DNA of 63,947 nt, the filler included, from Licmophora abbreviata (lineage: Eukaryota): NCBI GenBank assembly GCA_900291995.1. It is 20 parts of 20 records of this genome, joined end to end, with 100 filler letters (N's around TTAATTAATTAA, not from the genome) between each part and the next. Parts side by side here need not be neighbours in the genome. Positions count along the whole stretch, not along the records: positions 61,507 to 63,947 come from OLMU01001878.1; 19 more parts are not named here. One strand, 5' to 3'. Of the stretch, positions 63,350 to 63,947 are shown piece after piece (the first letter of the stretch is position 1; each line of letters opens with the position of its first letter). Made by a program: the position numbers and the translations under genes. The notes beneath the pieces were generated by a model. That model did not search any database. It worked only from the letters and a program-made list of their open reading frames with translations, and was not told where the DNA came from.

Positions 63350-63947
63350 TTACAGACCGCTTTGGGCGATGTCCTGCACTTGCACCGGAACGGGCGCGCC
63401 GGTCTTCGGGGGGGCTTCGCCGATCAGCAGCAGGTCCGACGCCTCCATATGCCCGGAGAACCATGCCGCCAGTGCAACGGGATCGTCCGGGCCGCTCGAG
63501 GGGCCATCGACCGCATCCAGCACGATCTTGGAGGGTGCCCAGACCGAGATTTGCCCGTTCTTCATCGCCCAGTCGAGCTCGGTGCGGGTGTTGACCACAA
63601 CGCAGCGATCATCGCGGCCTGCCAGCACCCAAGCGTTCTGCTCGAGCGCCAAGAGGTCGACGCGGCGTTGCGTCATGCGGTGGCCGGTGCGCGGAGCGGT
63701 GGTTTCGGGATGGCCCACGCAGAGGATCACCGGCTCGGCCCGGGCTTCGAGCTGGTCGAGCCAGCGGGCAAGGTTGGGCGAGCGGATGGCGGGGTTGGTG
63801 AGAAACACGACATGCGGGTGCGGTTTGATGACCGGGTGATGGCCCACGGGCTTGGTGGTCAGATCGCTGACGGACCGGACGATTTCGACGCCAAGCGCGC
63901 CGGGCCCGCGATCGAGCTTCTCGATGCGCACGAAGGTGCGGACGGCC
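63350..63947 (-). CDS. folB: Dihydroneopterin aldolase-like protein with long C-terminal extension; 5' end outside window
   Basis: VRIEKL..GALGVEIVRS is a FolB C-terminal signature; directly upstream of folP. Confidence 0.65.
   Translation of the reverse strand, partial: AVRTFVRIEKLDRGPGALGVEIVRSVSDLTTKPVGHHPVIKPHPHVVFLTNPAIRSPNLARWLDQLEARAEPVILCVGHPETTAPRTGHRMTQRRVDLLALEQNAWVLAGRDDRCVVVNTRTELDWAMKNGQISVWAPSKIVLDAVDGPSSGPDDPVALAAWFSGHMEASDLLLIGEAPPKTGAPVPVQVQDIAQSGL

Overview
High-GC alphaproteobacterial chromosomal DNA; gene content and synteny point to Rhodobacteraceae (roseobacter group). It is not one continuous molecule. Twenty draft contigs are joined by 19 artificial 100-nt linkers (N44-TTAATTAATTAA-N44), and many genes continue across a linker, so much of the order looks biologically real but gap sizes are not. 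Content: two type I secretion loci, each with a large Ig-repeat substrate (the first with sapC); housekeeping genes (fabA-fabB-fabI, irrA, miaB, phoH-ybeY-corC-lnt, metK with a SAM/SAH riboswitch, trmB, gatCA, rnpB, carA, ilvC, folP); a decayed GAF-regulator gene joined to an IS3 remnant; several short tandem repeats and dispersed palindromes. Best candidates for something undescribed: (1) a tightly packed 8-gene operon (27-aa membrane peptide, XpaC, TelA, DUF2927 pseudo-metzincin lipoprotein, SPFH-GYF_2, reduced cytochrome b561, YdjG-like Zn-ribbon protein, nitroreductase) resembling a PspA-less envelope-stress system; (2) an MshEN-GT2 polysaccharide synthase behind a phased array of CtrA half-sites; (3) a FolB fused to a degenerate MfnE/Orf21-like kinase domain. 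All family assignments are from motif recognition by eye; no database searches were run.
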